From Octopus vulgaris (lineage: Eukaryota): 64,000 bases of DNA. The position numbers and the translations under genes were made by a program. Shown here piece by piece: positions 39,233 to 52,295 of this stretch. How positions within the stretch are numbered: position 1 is the stretch's first letter; every line of letters begins with the position of its first letter. The notes below the pieces were generated by a model. That model was given only the letters and a program-made list of their open reading frames with translations, ran no database searches and was not told the DNA's origin. The stretch lies in the NCBI GenBank assembly GCA_951406725.2, contig OX597821.1, positions 80,538,001 through 80,602,000 of the forward strand, given 5' to 3'.

Positions 39233-39490
39233 TGTTAAGATGAGAGTTACGACGTCCCCATGCAAGAAATAGATGGATCTGAATAATAGTAACGATCCGA
39301 GTGTGTTCAAGTTTCAGGGTTCGGAATCGAATGGAGTTCGTGTTAGCTCACAGTGAAGTCGGAAGGTGCCGGTTGGTTAGTTCACAAGGAATATTGATTG
39401 TTGCTTCGTAAAGAGATTTGTTAGCTTGTTACATTGTTTTGACTGTTGTCTGGTTATCTTACATATTGTACATAACAGAATTACGTTACA
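39233..39490 (+). repeat. 5' LTR
   Basis: TGTTAAGATGAGAGTTACGACG...AATTACGTTACA; homologous to 41932-42186. Confidence 0.9.
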
Positions 39491-39560
39491 TCTGGTGATG
39501 AAGGTTTTGAAGCTCACATAGGTTATTTAACAATTTGTTTATGATACAACTTGTTAAATA

Positions 39561-40430
39561 ATGGAAGACCCATTGGCTTCCATAGTACAGTTGCAAAAGC
39601 TAGAACAAGAGCAGCAACAGGAGTTGCAGATGCAACTATTACTGCAACAACAACCACAACAACAACAGTTATTGGAGCTACATTCAAAGATGTCCAAAAA
39701 TGAGGTAAGTTCATTTTCGCCAGACGGCGTTTCCAACTCGGTTAATGAATTCAGTTATAACCCAGTGGAGGGTATAACGGGATTTTAAAGCAAGATTGCA
39801 AATCATGGTCGATCGAACAAAAAGTTAGATTGTTATTGCGAAAATTAGCTCCATTAGAGTATGAACTTTACTGTAATTTCATATTGCCCCAAAAGCCCAA
39901 TGAAATTTGTTTTAAAGAAACAATAGAATTACTGTCTAACATATTCGGTGATAAAACTCTCTATAGGAGTGTTGGAATATAATGAAAAAATAGAATGATG
40001 ATTTTATCACAAACGCAGGAACAGTCAACAGAATGTGTGAAAGTTTTAAACTCAAAGAACTTACACTTGACCTGTCCAAGTATCTTATTTTCATACAAGG
40101 CCTTCTAGCAAGCGAAGATACAGAAATTCGGGCAATAATTCTTTCTAAATTGGAACAAGTGAACCAAGATCTAACTTTACAGTCTGTGGCAAAAGAATGT
40201 CAAAGGATGGTAAACCTGAAACACGATGTAGAAAAATTCAAGAAAGGATTCCTCAAAATACAAATATGCCGACCGGAAAAGTACAACCAAAAAAGAGCGC
40301 CACGTCCTAATCCAATTTATTGATGTGGGGCATACATTTCAGAAAAGATTCTCCATTTAAAAATCAAAAATGTTACAGTTGCAAAAGAATTGGTCAGAAG
40401 AGTTCACACTGCAGAACAAAATTACGAAGG
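39561..40430 (+). pseudogene. Gypsy gag remnant with Q-rich N-terminus and zinc-knuckle remnant
   Basis: MEDPLASIVQLQKLEQEQQQ..FSPDGVSNSVNEFSYNPVEGITG; LIFIQGLLASEDTEIRAIILSKLE; CYSCKRIGQKSSHC. Frameshifts and stops present. Confidence 0.75.
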
Positions 40431-40451
40431 TCAAACGTAGAAAATCCTTGA

Positions 40452-40800
40452 GTGCTCTCAGCAGAAACAAAAACCTCCTCCCAAATAAGACACTTCGTAC
40501 ATGCACAAATAAATGGAATACATATTAAACTTCAACTGGATACTGGAAGTGATATTTCAATAATAAATAAGGACACATGGAAGAAAATAAGGAAACCTAT
40601 GTTGAGAAAAACAGCGAAATCTGCTGGTAGTGTGACGGACGACAAAATATATTTCATAGGCGAAACGTGGACTTTCACATTTCTAGGGAAAACATGCAAG
40701 GCGAAAGTCTTCGTCCTTAAAAATGCAACCGATCTATTTGGTAGCTGATTGGCTAGAATTATTCGATCTATGGGACCACCACTTAAATTTCTATTGTAAA
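40452..40800 (+). pseudogene. Retrotransposon aspartic protease remnant
   Basis: INGIHIKLQLDTGSDISII and DLFGS*WLELFDLW. Confidence 0.85.
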
Positions 40801-40910
40801 AATGTAAATGGTTGTCTCTCTAGAAATAATTTGTCTGAAGAGTTAAAGAGGAAATTTTAAAAGATGTTCCCGCAAGTACTCTCGGACAAATTAGGTCTAT
40901 GCATAAAAAC

Positions 40911-41769
40911 CCAAAGCCCATGGCCCAGGATACATATCGACTACGCTAGACCAGTGAACGGCGCATACTATCTAATCGTTGTGGATAGCTATACAAAGTG
41001 GCCAGAGATATGCAGATGCAATAAACCCACAGCAAAGTCAACAATAAAGTTCCCACTCGAGTTATTTGCTCGATACGGTAGACACGTTAGTTTCAGATAG
41101 TGGAACACAATTCACGCGATATGAATTAAGACATATCTGCAAAATATACGCTATAAAACACATCTTTACTCCGCCCTAACTACCGAGCTCCATTGAGCAA
41201 CGGAATGATCTGTCGACATGTTCAAAAGAGCTCTAAGAAAAGTTAGGAACGAGCTAGATAATGACGAGGCACTAACGAAATGTTTGAGAGTATATAAAAT
41301 AACGCCAAATCCAAATATTAATTCAGGAAAGTCACCAGCAGAGTCAATGATCGCGCGTAAAATAAAATCGATCTCCGATGAATTATAGCCAGGAAAAAAT
41401 ACATATAAAGGAAAGACGAAAAATACATTTGAAGGAAATACAAGAAAGACTACAAAACATTTCAAAGTAGGAGATAAAGTTCATTTTAGAAATCACAAAT
41501 ATGGTAAAGAAAGTTGGGAGGATGGCTGTGTAATCAAAAGATTAGGTAACATGATGTATTTAATTAAAGGACAACTTTCGGAATATAAGGGACACCTTAA
41601 CCAGTTAAATATGAGACATATAGAAGAACGAAGGGTAATACCAATGGAAGTCTTCTATGATATGCTTGAAGTGCCAACATCGAGACTTATTGAACCCCGT
41701 AGAATTAGCTATAGAAAACTAAAACAGACTGAATATCTGAAAGTATCATCTAAACGAAAAAAAAATTAA
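40911..41769 (+). pseudogene. Retrotransposon integrase remnant
   Basis: PWPRIHIDYARPVNGAYYLIVVDSYTKWPE, VSDSGTQF, VDMFKRAL, YKITPN..SGKSPAESM and FKVGDKV. Confidence 0.88.
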
Positions 41770-41931
41770 GTTTTCAAAAAAAGAGCGCTTAGTCAAACGA
41801 AAAGAAAAAGTGCTGTGTGCAACGTACAATACTACCTTAAAAGTCGGGCAACAATTAATATATAGCAGCCAAAAATCAAAAACAGAGGCATAGGTACTGG
41901 AAAAAAATAAAATAAATCTTAAAAGGGAAGA

Positions 41932-42186
41932 TGTTGTGATGAGAGTTACGACGCCACCGTGCGAGAGAGACTGGTTTGAGTAAAATATAAATAGTAATGA
42001 CCCGAGAGAGTTTAGGATTCAGAGTTCGGAGTCGAGTGAAGTTGGTGTTAGTTGGCAGTGAAATGGGAAGGTGTCAGTTGGTTAGTTTGCAATATTGATT
42101 GTTAGCTCGTTAAGAGATTTGTTAGTTCGTTATATTGTTTTCACTGTTGTCTGGTTATCTTATTTATTGTAACAAATTACGTTACA
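41932..42186 (+). repeat. 3' LTR
   Basis: TGTTGTGATGAGAGTTACGACG...AAATTACGTTACA, preceded by the PPT. Confidence 0.9.
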
Positions 42187-43316
42187 ATATGTATGTATGA
42201 ATGTATGTATGTATGAATGTATGTATATATGTATGAATGTATGTATGTATGCATGCATGCATGCAAGTATGTATGTATGTACGTACGTATGTATTAAAAT
42301 ACATGTATCCAATGCGACTCTAGACTTTCATATCTCAGTTTAATATGTTACACATACGATCATCAGCTGACGAAGCTCTTATATTCTATGCTCATACAAT
42401 ATCACAATAGTACCAGTTTATAAGAGCATGGTGTTGTGCGTTTTTCTTAAAATAAACGAAGCACAAACAAAATAATTTGAACAACCCCAAAATAAATGTG
42501 CATAAAGAATACTCTAAAATAAAATGAGAATTCACTCGACTGTTTGGAGCTTTCATCGTCGAAAGACACGTGACTTTTATCGTTTTATCACACAACAGAA
42601 CACATACACTGGCATATATGGTTTCTAGAGATAGCAACAAAATCTCCCTCAAATCATATTATATGCTTTTAGAAGAGAAAAGACACATTGCATAATGTTG
42701 TCCTTGATGTAAACAGACTGAAAAAAAAGATGAAGAAAAAACAGAATGTTCATGACTGAAAAGCCCGACGTATGTGTCTGTGTATGTGCGTGTGTATGCG
42801 TGTGTTTGCGTGCATATGTGTTTGCGTATGTGTGTATGTGTATGCTTGCGTATATATGTTTGTGTGTGTGTGAATGTGCGTTTGTGTTAATTGAAATTTA
42901 ATGTGTATGACAATACTTTCCTTCTTACTGGGTTTGTATATAACAAATTAAAGTTATCAATTTAGCTGCCTTGTTGCCAATAGTGTTAGTAACCATACTA
43001 TTATAATTGAAAGTTAATAGCGAGCCATTGCAATAATTATCATCGTTTGAAGTGAAACCTGTATGGAATAATGCATTTTAAAATAAGTAGTGAGACATTT
43101 TGAAATTTCGATCGTAATAATGCATTTTAGAATAATTAATTACATTACAAAATGAACGGAGCGTTTTATCATTCTCTCATATTTTCTGTATTTCGTGACT
43201 TGTGTAGGATATTTCCAACTTAAGCATGGCCGTACGTGTGTGCAGGCAAAGATATACATAAAGAATTTTTCTCTGGATGTTTATCAATCTGTGTTTCCCT
43301 TTCTCTCGCTCTCCCT

Positions 43317-43383
<67 letters not shown>

Positions 43384-43734
43384 TGTATGTATGTATGTAT
43401 ACAAGTATATATACACTTGCTGATATGTTTATATATATATATATGTGTGTATATATATATATATACACACATATAAATATATATATGTACATACATCCAC
43501 ACACACAGACATATATATGGTCTCAAAAAGCTATAAATACATCAACACGAAATCATCTACATGAAAGCACGCACATACACACTAAACACCAGCATGACCC
43601 CAAGAATATATATATTGACACATACATACATTATATATATATATATATATATACATTGACACACATAGCTATACATACTATACATGTATATGTGCAATAT
43701 ATATACATATATATATATATAAATATATATACAT

Positions 43735-43778
<44 letters not shown>

Positions 43779-44003
43779 TTTCACATATACATATACATAG
43801 GCCTGCCCTACTTTCACCCCCTGAAGGATACCCTCGCAATGTTGGATATTCAATCTAACATCAAAGAATCCAGCTATAATACAACCCATTTAATATAGTT
43901 TAATGATTTTAGTTTTGGACATTGAAGTTCCTGTTGAGATTTCACACACACACACAGTGACACGCACACACATAAGCGCGCATACAGACACACAGACAGA
44001 CAG

Positions 44004-44037
<34 letters not shown>

Positions 44038-44242
44038 AAATATACACATACACACATCTAATTCTCCATATGTAAATATGTATTATTATTATACATCAAG
44101 ATATGCGAATACGAATACACATACACACGCAAATATACCCGCACAACGCACGCATGTATATATGTATACACAACACACACACACACATCTCTTTCTTTTT
44201 CTCTCTCTCTCTCTCTCTCTATACACACACACACACATAAAC

Positions 44243-44287
<45 letters not shown>

Positions 44288-44288
44288 C

Positions 44289-44335
<47 letters not shown>

Positions 44336-44406
44336 CATACATACACACGCATACTTATATATATATATATATATATATATACATACACACACGCATACTT
44401 ATATAT

Positions 44407-44489
<83 letters not shown>

Positions 44490-44551
44490 CATACACACAC
44501 GCATACTTATACACTCATGTCTCTATATATATGTGCATATGTGTATATGTA

Positions 44552-44595
<44 letters not shown>

Positions 44596-45223
44596 CATAC
44601 ATACACACATATATTTATATAGGTACACACACGTACACACACACTCATACAGCTACACATATAGATTTATATTCACATGTACTAGGTGTTTACCATGCAT
44701 ATTCATACGCACAGATATTCTGGTTTCAGCCCCAAACGGTTAAAGCTGTCTATTATTACCATCATAATTTTGATATATATAAAATTGGTCCGTTTACATG
44801 TGATGTGATGTGATGTGATGTGTGTGTGTGTGTGTGTAAAAAGATTGGAATATATATTGTATAGAGGATTTTATGTGGCATGAGAAATTACAAACGGAAT
44901 CAAACAGGCGAGATATTGAGGGTTCGTATTTTCTTTTCAGTTGCGCATTCGGTCGTTGACCAAGAGCAGTTCACTTGAAACGTGCAGAGGAAGAATGGAC
45001 GCCAGGAGAGAGAAAGAGAATGTGTATGAATATGTCTACATATGTTTCTTTTATCTCTTACTTCAGTCATTTGACTGCGGCCATGATTGAGCAAGCCTAG
45101 TACTTGTTCTATCGGGTTTTTTTTTCTGAACCACTAAGTTACGGGATGTCACCATACCAACACTGGTCGTCAAGCGGTGTATGGATTTGGAGTGGATTTG
45201 GTAGACGGAAACTGAAAAGAAGC

Positions 45224-45291
<68 letters not shown>

Positions 45292-45295
<4 letters not shown>

Positions 45296-45860
45296 ATCTC
45301 ACATTTAGGTTGTCCCATAGGACGCCCCTCTAAGGGTTTCGGTTACGCGTACTATAGGAGTCACAGGATGGTGCTCCATGTGGTCCTACAGTTTCCATCT
45401 GACTAGGAATATTGGTGTCTCATTCATTGTTTTGTACTCAAAATCCTCTGCATGACATCCTGCTAGTTCAAAGCCAGGAATCTGATCTGTCAGGTCCTGC
45501 CGATAACTAAATCCACGCCCTACTGCCGACGCTTCGATTTATTGTCGTTAACGTTTTCTCTGTCTCCTACCCTTCGGCCCGTCTGGCCTGGTAAGACCTG
45601 CCTGAAGATTTCTCTCCCACCAGCATAGCTTTCCGGGTCAATGGAGCACATAGGCACTTCACCGCGACACGGCACTTGTTGAATTGGCCGTTGACTACAC
45701 AGTAGTTCTTTCGCCCTTTGACGGAAAAACTACGGTGTCCAACAATCACCCTCCTCACTAAGCAAGTTTGATAGGGTTGCCAGTTTAGTCGCCGACGACC
45801 CGACCAGGTGACAGGCTGTATTGGGTTACATAGCAGCGCTCAAGAGCGACCTGATAAATA
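45292..45860 (-). mobile_element. Non-coding composite repeat with RTE-5'-UTR-like modules
   Basis: Shares the 9665-9810 module. Also has GTGCTCCATTGACCCGGAAAGCTATGCTGGTGGGAG..CCAGGCCAGACGGGCCGAAGGGTAGGAG, recalled as RTE 5' UTR / Ceph-domain-like. Ends in (TA)n. Confidence 0.45.
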
Positions 45861-46089
45861 TAGTCAATACAAATAAATGAGGAGGAATTAATAGACAACC
45901 AGAGGGCGCGCACAAAAAATGTATTAGCTTGACCCTCGATGAAAAGAGAGAGATTGACGTTTCGAGCAAAGTCCAAAGAAGACAAAGTCCAAAGAAGGAA
46001 AAGAAATAGTCGGAAAGGGAAAAGTCCAGAGAAGGAACAGAAATCGTCGGAAAGGGAAAAGTCGAAAGAAGGAGAAGAAATCGCCACCA

Positions 46090-46463
46090 GCACGGGCTTC
46101 TTTTCCGTTTCCGTCTACGAGGCCCAGTCACAAGCTTTTGGTCAGACCGAAGCTATAATAGAAGACACGTGCCCAAAGTGCCACACAGTGGGGCACAAAC
46201 CGGAGCCGTGTGGTTGGGAAGCAAGCTACTTACCACACATTCAAACCTACTTGTTTCCGTCATTGGACAACGGCCATACTGGGACACCACTTTAAAGAAT
46301 TTCATTTTCAGCCTGCTACTTATTTAATTGCTCTATTTTGCTAAAATCGCTCGGTTACGGGCACGTAACCATACCAACACCGGTTATCAAGCGGTTTTAT
46401 GGAACAAACACACACACGTACACGCTCACACACACATATACAAGTATATGTATATGTGTGCGC

Positions 46464-46534
<71 letters not shown>

Positions 46535-46586
46535 TATATATACATACATACATGTATATATGTATATACACACATATGTATATATA

Positions 46587-46641
<55 letters not shown>

Positions 46642-46818
46642 GCAATTTATAGCAAAACGAAAGGCGAAGACAGGTGTGTGAACGACATGCGAGTGTGTTA
46701 GTTTGACGCTTGGGAAAATGAAAAAAGTCTTTTACGTTTCGAGCCTACGCTTTTTAACAGAAAGGAATACGAGAAAATAAACAGAGAGAATGAAAAAAGC
46801 TTGTAAATTTCAGCGCTC

Positions 46819-46858
<40 letters not shown>

Positions 46859-47470
46859 TACATACACATACATACACACATACATACATACATACATACA
46901 TACATACATACATACATACATACATACATACATACATACATACATACATGCATACATACGTACGTACTTACTTTGATATTTTGATAGGTTTCGATCAGTA
47001 GTGGTCTAGGTCATGTCTAACTTAATAGCACCACCTGGCGACATACGCCAGGCTTCTTTCAGTTTCCGTCTGCCAAATCCACTCAGAAAAGTTTGGTTGT
47101 TTTGTTCGGCCCGAGGTTATCGTAGAAGACACCCATGTATGTTATTTTTCTTTTTTTACTTTTACTAGTTTCAGTGACTGGACTGCGGCCATGTTGTGCA
47201 CCGCCTTGAATAAAGACACAAACGCAGGCACAAAGGCACAAACATGCATGCATGCACACACCGCACACCACGCGCGCGCGCATACACACACATGTATATT
47301 TATATATATATATGTATATAAGTGACGGGGTTCTTTCAGTTTCCATCTACCAATTCTACTGAAAAGACTTTGGTCGGCTCGAGACTATAGTAAAGGACGC
47401 AACCGTGCCACGCATTGAGACTGAACTCTGAACCATGTGGCTGGAAAGCAAAGTTCTTATCACACAACCA
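46090..47470 (-). mobile_element. Cluster of rearranged SINE A fragments (46090-46410, 47045-47210, 47322-47470)
   Basis: TTTCAGTTTCC(G/A)TCT(A/G)CCAA, GAAGACAC and CGGCCATG modules. Confidence 0.65.
46650..46812 (-). mobile_element. Penelope-like 3' terminal fragment of the 18412-19378 family, with a hammerhead-like motif at 46729-46764
   Basis: Reverse complement aligns with 19225-19375: AGCGTAGGCTCGAAA(C/T)GTAAAAGACTTTTT..AGCGT.AAACTAA.ACA..ACACACCTGTCTTCG. Confidence 0.7.
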
Positions 47471-47478
47471 CGTGTATT

Positions 47479-47523
<45 letters not shown>

Positions 47524-47572
47524 TTGCTTCTTCTCCCTCATTAAGCTCTAAAATATATGTCGCGTATACATA

Positions 47573-48088
47573 CGAGATCTGATCAATAAGTTGCCATAGT
47601 AACGAAGCTAAAGCATGCAGAGTAAAGCCGGTTGGCACAGACTCTGCTGTGCACGCGCAGAAAGTTTTAACGTTCTAGCTCACTTCCGCTCTTTACAGCA
47701 GTGCTTGAAGGAAGGTGTGTAGTGTCTGATTGTCACATTGACCATGACAGAGAAAGTTGTTATGGTGATACCTGCTCAGAGGCCACCGCAAAGTTGCAGA
47801 AAGTGTATGGAGAGGAGTGCATGAGCCGCAGACAAGTGTACGAGTGGTTCAGAAAAATGTCGATATTGATGAACGTTCCGAGTGACCTACAACCAAGAGA
47901 ACTGAGAAAAACATCGCAGAAGCGCGTGCTACTGTGAAGGGAAATCGTTGAATTACCATCCGTGAGTTATCAGAGGATGTGCAAATTCATTATGGTTCAG
48001 TTTAGTCCATTTTCACTGAAGGTTTGGCAATGAGACGTGTGTTTGCCAAATTTGTGCAAAAACTGCTTTCAGCTGACCAAGAAGACTA
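47573..48088 (+). mobile_element. Mariner 5' relic (TIR and HTH region), cut off by a minus-strand SINE B at ~48090-48380
   Basis: TA|CGAGATCTGATCAATAAGT; KLQKVYGEECMSRRQVYEWF; ITIRELSEDV; LAMRRVFAKFVQKLLS, a degenerate WVPxxL motif. Confidence 0.82.
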
Positions 48089-49884
48089 AGCCGATTTCGG
48101 CGGAATTTCAACTCAGAACGTAAAGACGGACGAAATACCGCTATGCATTTAGCCCTGTGAACTTACGATTCTGGTAGCTCACCGCCTTAACACGAGAATA
48201 AATATTGATTTAGCCAAACGTTATAATAATTCCCCCAATTCACCACCCGTTTCGGTACTTTATTTTATCGATTTTGGTCAAATCTAACCTCGATGGGATT
48301 CGAATTTACATAATCAAGAACCGGAACAAATACCGCAAAACATTTTGTCCGATGCTTTAATGATTATGCAAATTTTCTGCCTTTATGCATATCTTAGCGA
48401 AGGCGAGTGGCCTAATGGTTAGGATGTTGTACTCACGATCTCAAGGTCATGATTTCGATTCCTGGGCCAGGTGATGCGTTTTACTCTTGAGCAAATTGCT
48501 TTATTTAACGTTGTTCCAGTTCACTCAACCGTAAATGATTAATCCTGCGTGGGACTGGTCCACCGTTCAGATGGAGTATTGTGATCTGGACGCGATACAG
48601 TAATGTCCAGTGTATACCTGCAGCGAAGAGGAGTGGGTGATTCGAGGGCAAAGCATCTTAGTCACAACCATTCTGAGCTCTGTACGTTTATATGGAATGA
48701 ATCGTTGATGGTGGTGCTGATTTTGCAGCCCTAAATTAGCTCCGATCGAAAAGTCCTTTGACATGTATGTAGGCAGCCTAACAAATGGTTTCAATCCCTA
48801 AATCCATATCTCCAGTTTTATACACCACACCCCTAAACTGGAACTAGAACCCCCCCCCCCAAAGGCCACTACAGATGCTAGATCTCATTAATACTGTTGA
48901 TTTCTTGGTGTCCTGAACACACGCTCTCCTCTTTAGGGTTCAAGAAATATTTCAATAACGAATTCCACACTGGTGCTGCAGCTACATTAAAAGGCATATT
49001 AAACTGAATAAAAGAAGCCATTCGTCTTATTGGTATTAAGTTGTCTTGTAGAATACTTCAACTCCTGGTCCACAGAAGTAGTCTTTTGATTCTGGTGCCT
49101 CTGATCGTTGGATCTGATCGATCTCGTACCACATGTAATTGGGTTCAAACAAATCCCTCATATCTTCTGTTTTTCTCCAACTTATGACCAGCTGACAAGC
49201 AGTGTACTCCTCACAACATCCAGTCCTTTATGCCAAGTACATCATGTCTCTGGCATAATCTTCCAGTTCATGTTTTTTTTTTTACCCGACAGCAAACAAG
49301 TTACAATTGTTTTAGGATCACACCAATCGCTTCGATCTTACTGGTCTCGGAGCAGTCGAAAAGGCTAGGAAGACATCCTCTTCTTCTACATCTCATTATT
49401 ACCAAAATAATGTAATCGGTCGGTTCTAACGCGACCGATATTGCTTTCAGCCTTAATTATAACTATTGGTAATGTGCATACCAATTCATTGCATTTATCT
49501 TACTGTCATGTGTGCCTGTTATTTATGAACGAGTGAAATAGTCTTAGAACGCTGTTGCGGTAGTGTTCGAGAGTATTTTTGATACGTCTGCTTGATGGAC
49601 AGGTGATTATAAATGTAGCAGCTTGGTTTGTGGGATTTGGAGCTTGCAATTACAAACTTGTTTCTTTCATAAATCCAGAGGTCTTTCATTTTTAATATTT
49701 TTCCTTTCGTTGTATATTTTTAAAAGAGACGGGTGAGAGAACGAGTGCTTGTTGTATCACGTTCGTAAACTGTATAATCTAGAATATTTAATTTCATGAA
49801 TGGGAGACCAGAAAAACTCTCACCCACATATAGGATCACATTAAACTATTAGATATTAAAGATGTTATTGATTATTGTATAATC

Positions 49885-49941
49885 TCATGTTGTTGTTGTT
49901 GTTGTTGCTCTTCTTCTTCTTCTTCTTCCACTTCTTCCATT

Positions 49942-49973
<32 letters not shown>

Positions 49974-50017
49974 TTCTTCCACTTCTTTTTCTTCTTCCAC
50001 TTCTACTTCTTTTTTCC

Positions 50018-50048
<31 letters not shown>

Positions 50049-50102
50049 CTTCTTCTTCTTCTTCTTCTTCTTCTTCTTCTTCTTCTTCTTCTTCTTCTTC
50101 TT
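49885..50102. repeat. (TTG)n/(TTC)n microsatellite
   Basis: Read directly; it accounts for the poly-E/K/L ORFs. A similar tract is at 38902-38969. Confidence 0.95.
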
Positions 50103-51153
50103 GTCCCGATCGAAAAGACCTATGATGAAAGGCATCCCAGTTGCAGTTATCCGGTCTTTTTCCTGTGTGCAAGAACCACAGGACTACGTTACCCAAGGTG
50201 TTACTTTTGAAGTCTGGTGGATGTAATCTGATAGATATTCGATTGCTGTTTCTGGAATACAGAACTTCTACGTACAATCTCACTCGACTACTGCATAGGC
50301 TTAATGATATGAAATTTAAATATGAAATGATATGAAATGAAATTTAACCAGTGTTGGAGTTGAAATCTTTCTTTATGTCGATGGTAGTCTCATAATGCTT
50401 AATGAAATAACTTTTTTAATTTGATGAAGAGCCCTGCCTGAATCATCCTATCTTTCCTCTTCCTCATAGCAAAGAAATATCTAAAATCCCAGCAGACAAA
50501 ATGGAAAAGGCGTTGCCCCGGAGAATGGCGAAGGAGACGCGCTGGAACTGCCACTCTGACTCACGGAACACGCATTTGCGCATAGTAGTTAGTAAAGTAC
50601 ATGTGATTTCTTCAGAACTTTGATATTTCTGATGCATGTTTGTGATTTGGAGAGTTGGGGTTTTAGATTTCTCTCTTAATTTTAGCGGAACGAATCTATA
50701 TAAAAGATATTTTTCGTTTTTTATTACTTTAGTTTTGTATGTTTTTCACTGAAGGATTTCCACTTTACAAGGCTGCTATGGATTCGTGCTATGTCTCATT
50801 GAGTTGTTACACCCTATCAGGGCCCAAGACATGTGCGTTATATCTGACGGAACCTGATTTACTTTACATAGACATTACAACTCGTTTCACTGTACGGATC
50901 TGTCCCAGGGAACATGCTCCGCTTTTACTCAGACTTGAAAATCTTAATCGGCCCCAACAAATATAAACTATGCGTGTAAAGGGCTTGTCCCACTCTACCA
51001 GGCAAACACTGAAAGAGTTTGTATCTGTAGGGGCATGTCCCAACTTAGCATCCCCACCCTTCAGCTCTCATGGCTGAGACAGTGTCAGGAGCAGACAGAA
51101 AGGTTCCAGAAAAAGTACGAAGCCATTTCTAGACGTCGAGAGAGTAGGAGAGA

Positions 51154-51212
<59 letters not shown>

Positions 51213-51600
51213 GGGGAGAGAAAGAGGGAGAGAGAAAGAGAAGAAAAAGAAAGAAAGAGGAAGAGTGACAGATATGCAGACAGACAGACATGTTGCTCAT
51301 AAATGCCAAAATGAGGAATTTTATGACTGAAAAGATTATAAAAGGTAAGAAACAAACATAGCATCAGAGGAAAAGGATAGGGGAGTTGGTTATTATAACT
51401 TACCACCATCAGCAATGCCACCAGCTCCTCAACCTCCTTATCATCACCCCCTCCTCCTCCACCACCTACTACTACTACTACTACTAGTAGTAGTAGATCA
51501 TATGAAATTATGGTGTCGCTTTCTATTTCTCTTTCTTTATCTCTCTCTTCCCATTCCTCACATGCTCTGTATCTTTCCCGCTTTCTCCCTCTCTGTTTTT

Positions 51601-51644
<44 letters not shown>

Positions 51645-51678
51645 TGCTATTTTGTTGTTGTTATTATTACTATTGCTG

Positions 51679-52080
51679 AAGGCGGCGAGCTGGCAGAACC
51701 GTTAGCGCGCCGGGCGAGATGCTTAGCGGTATTTCGTCTGCCGTTTCGTTCTGAGTCCAAATTCCGCCGAGGTCGACTTTGCCTTTCATCCTTTCGGGGT
51801 CGATTAATTAAGTACCAGTTACGCACTGGGGTCGATATAATCGACTTAATCCGTTTGTCTGTCCTTGTTTGGCCCCTTTGTGTGTAGCCCCTTGTGGGCA
51901 GTAAAGAAATAGGTATTTTGTCTGCCGCTACGTTCAGAGTTCAAACTCCACCGACGTCGACTTTGCCTTTCACCCTATCGGGATCGATTAATTAAGTACC
52001 AGTTACGCACTGGGGTTGATGTAATCGACTATCCTCCTCCCCAAAACTTCAGGCCTTGTTCCTATAGTAGAAAGGATTAT
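51679..52080 (+). mobile_element. SINE B, full head plus two tandem core units
   Basis: AAGGCGGCGAGCTGGCAGAACCGTTAGC...; junction GTAAAGAAATAGGTATTT; end TAGTAGAAAGGATTATT. Confidence 0.9.
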
Positions 52081-52295
52081 TGCTATTGTTGTTGTCATTA
52101 CTATTTTTGTTGTTTAAACAGTTTTAAATGTAACTAAATGCAATATTCAAAGCATGGCAGTTTTCAAATATCGTTTTTTTTTTTTTACATTCTGTTTGAG
52201 TAGTGTAGGGTAGAGTAAGGAATGTTAATAGGGTACTTAATGTTTGGAGAAGAAGAAACCGCTGAATATTCGGTAAGATATTGTTGCGTTATATT

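Larger units (their letters stand above)
39233..42186 (+). mobile_element. Gypsy (Mag-like) LTR retrotransposon provirus lacking RT/RNase H
   Basis: Two TGTT...TTACA LTRs, 5-bp TSD ATATG (39228-39232 and 42187-42191), PBS TGGTGATGAAGG at 39493, PPT AAAAGGGAAGA at 41921-41931, and gag, protease and integrase remnants. Confidence 0.92.

Noticed and set aside
39561-39788. Poly-Q host protein exon
   Set aside because: It lies just after the PBS and continues into gag-like sequence.
50452-50600. Apparent splice acceptor (CTTTCCTCTTCCTCATAG) and GC-richer exon-like stretch; also ORF 50739-50966
   Set aside because: No recognisable domain, convincing donor or partner exon; it could be a TE relic.
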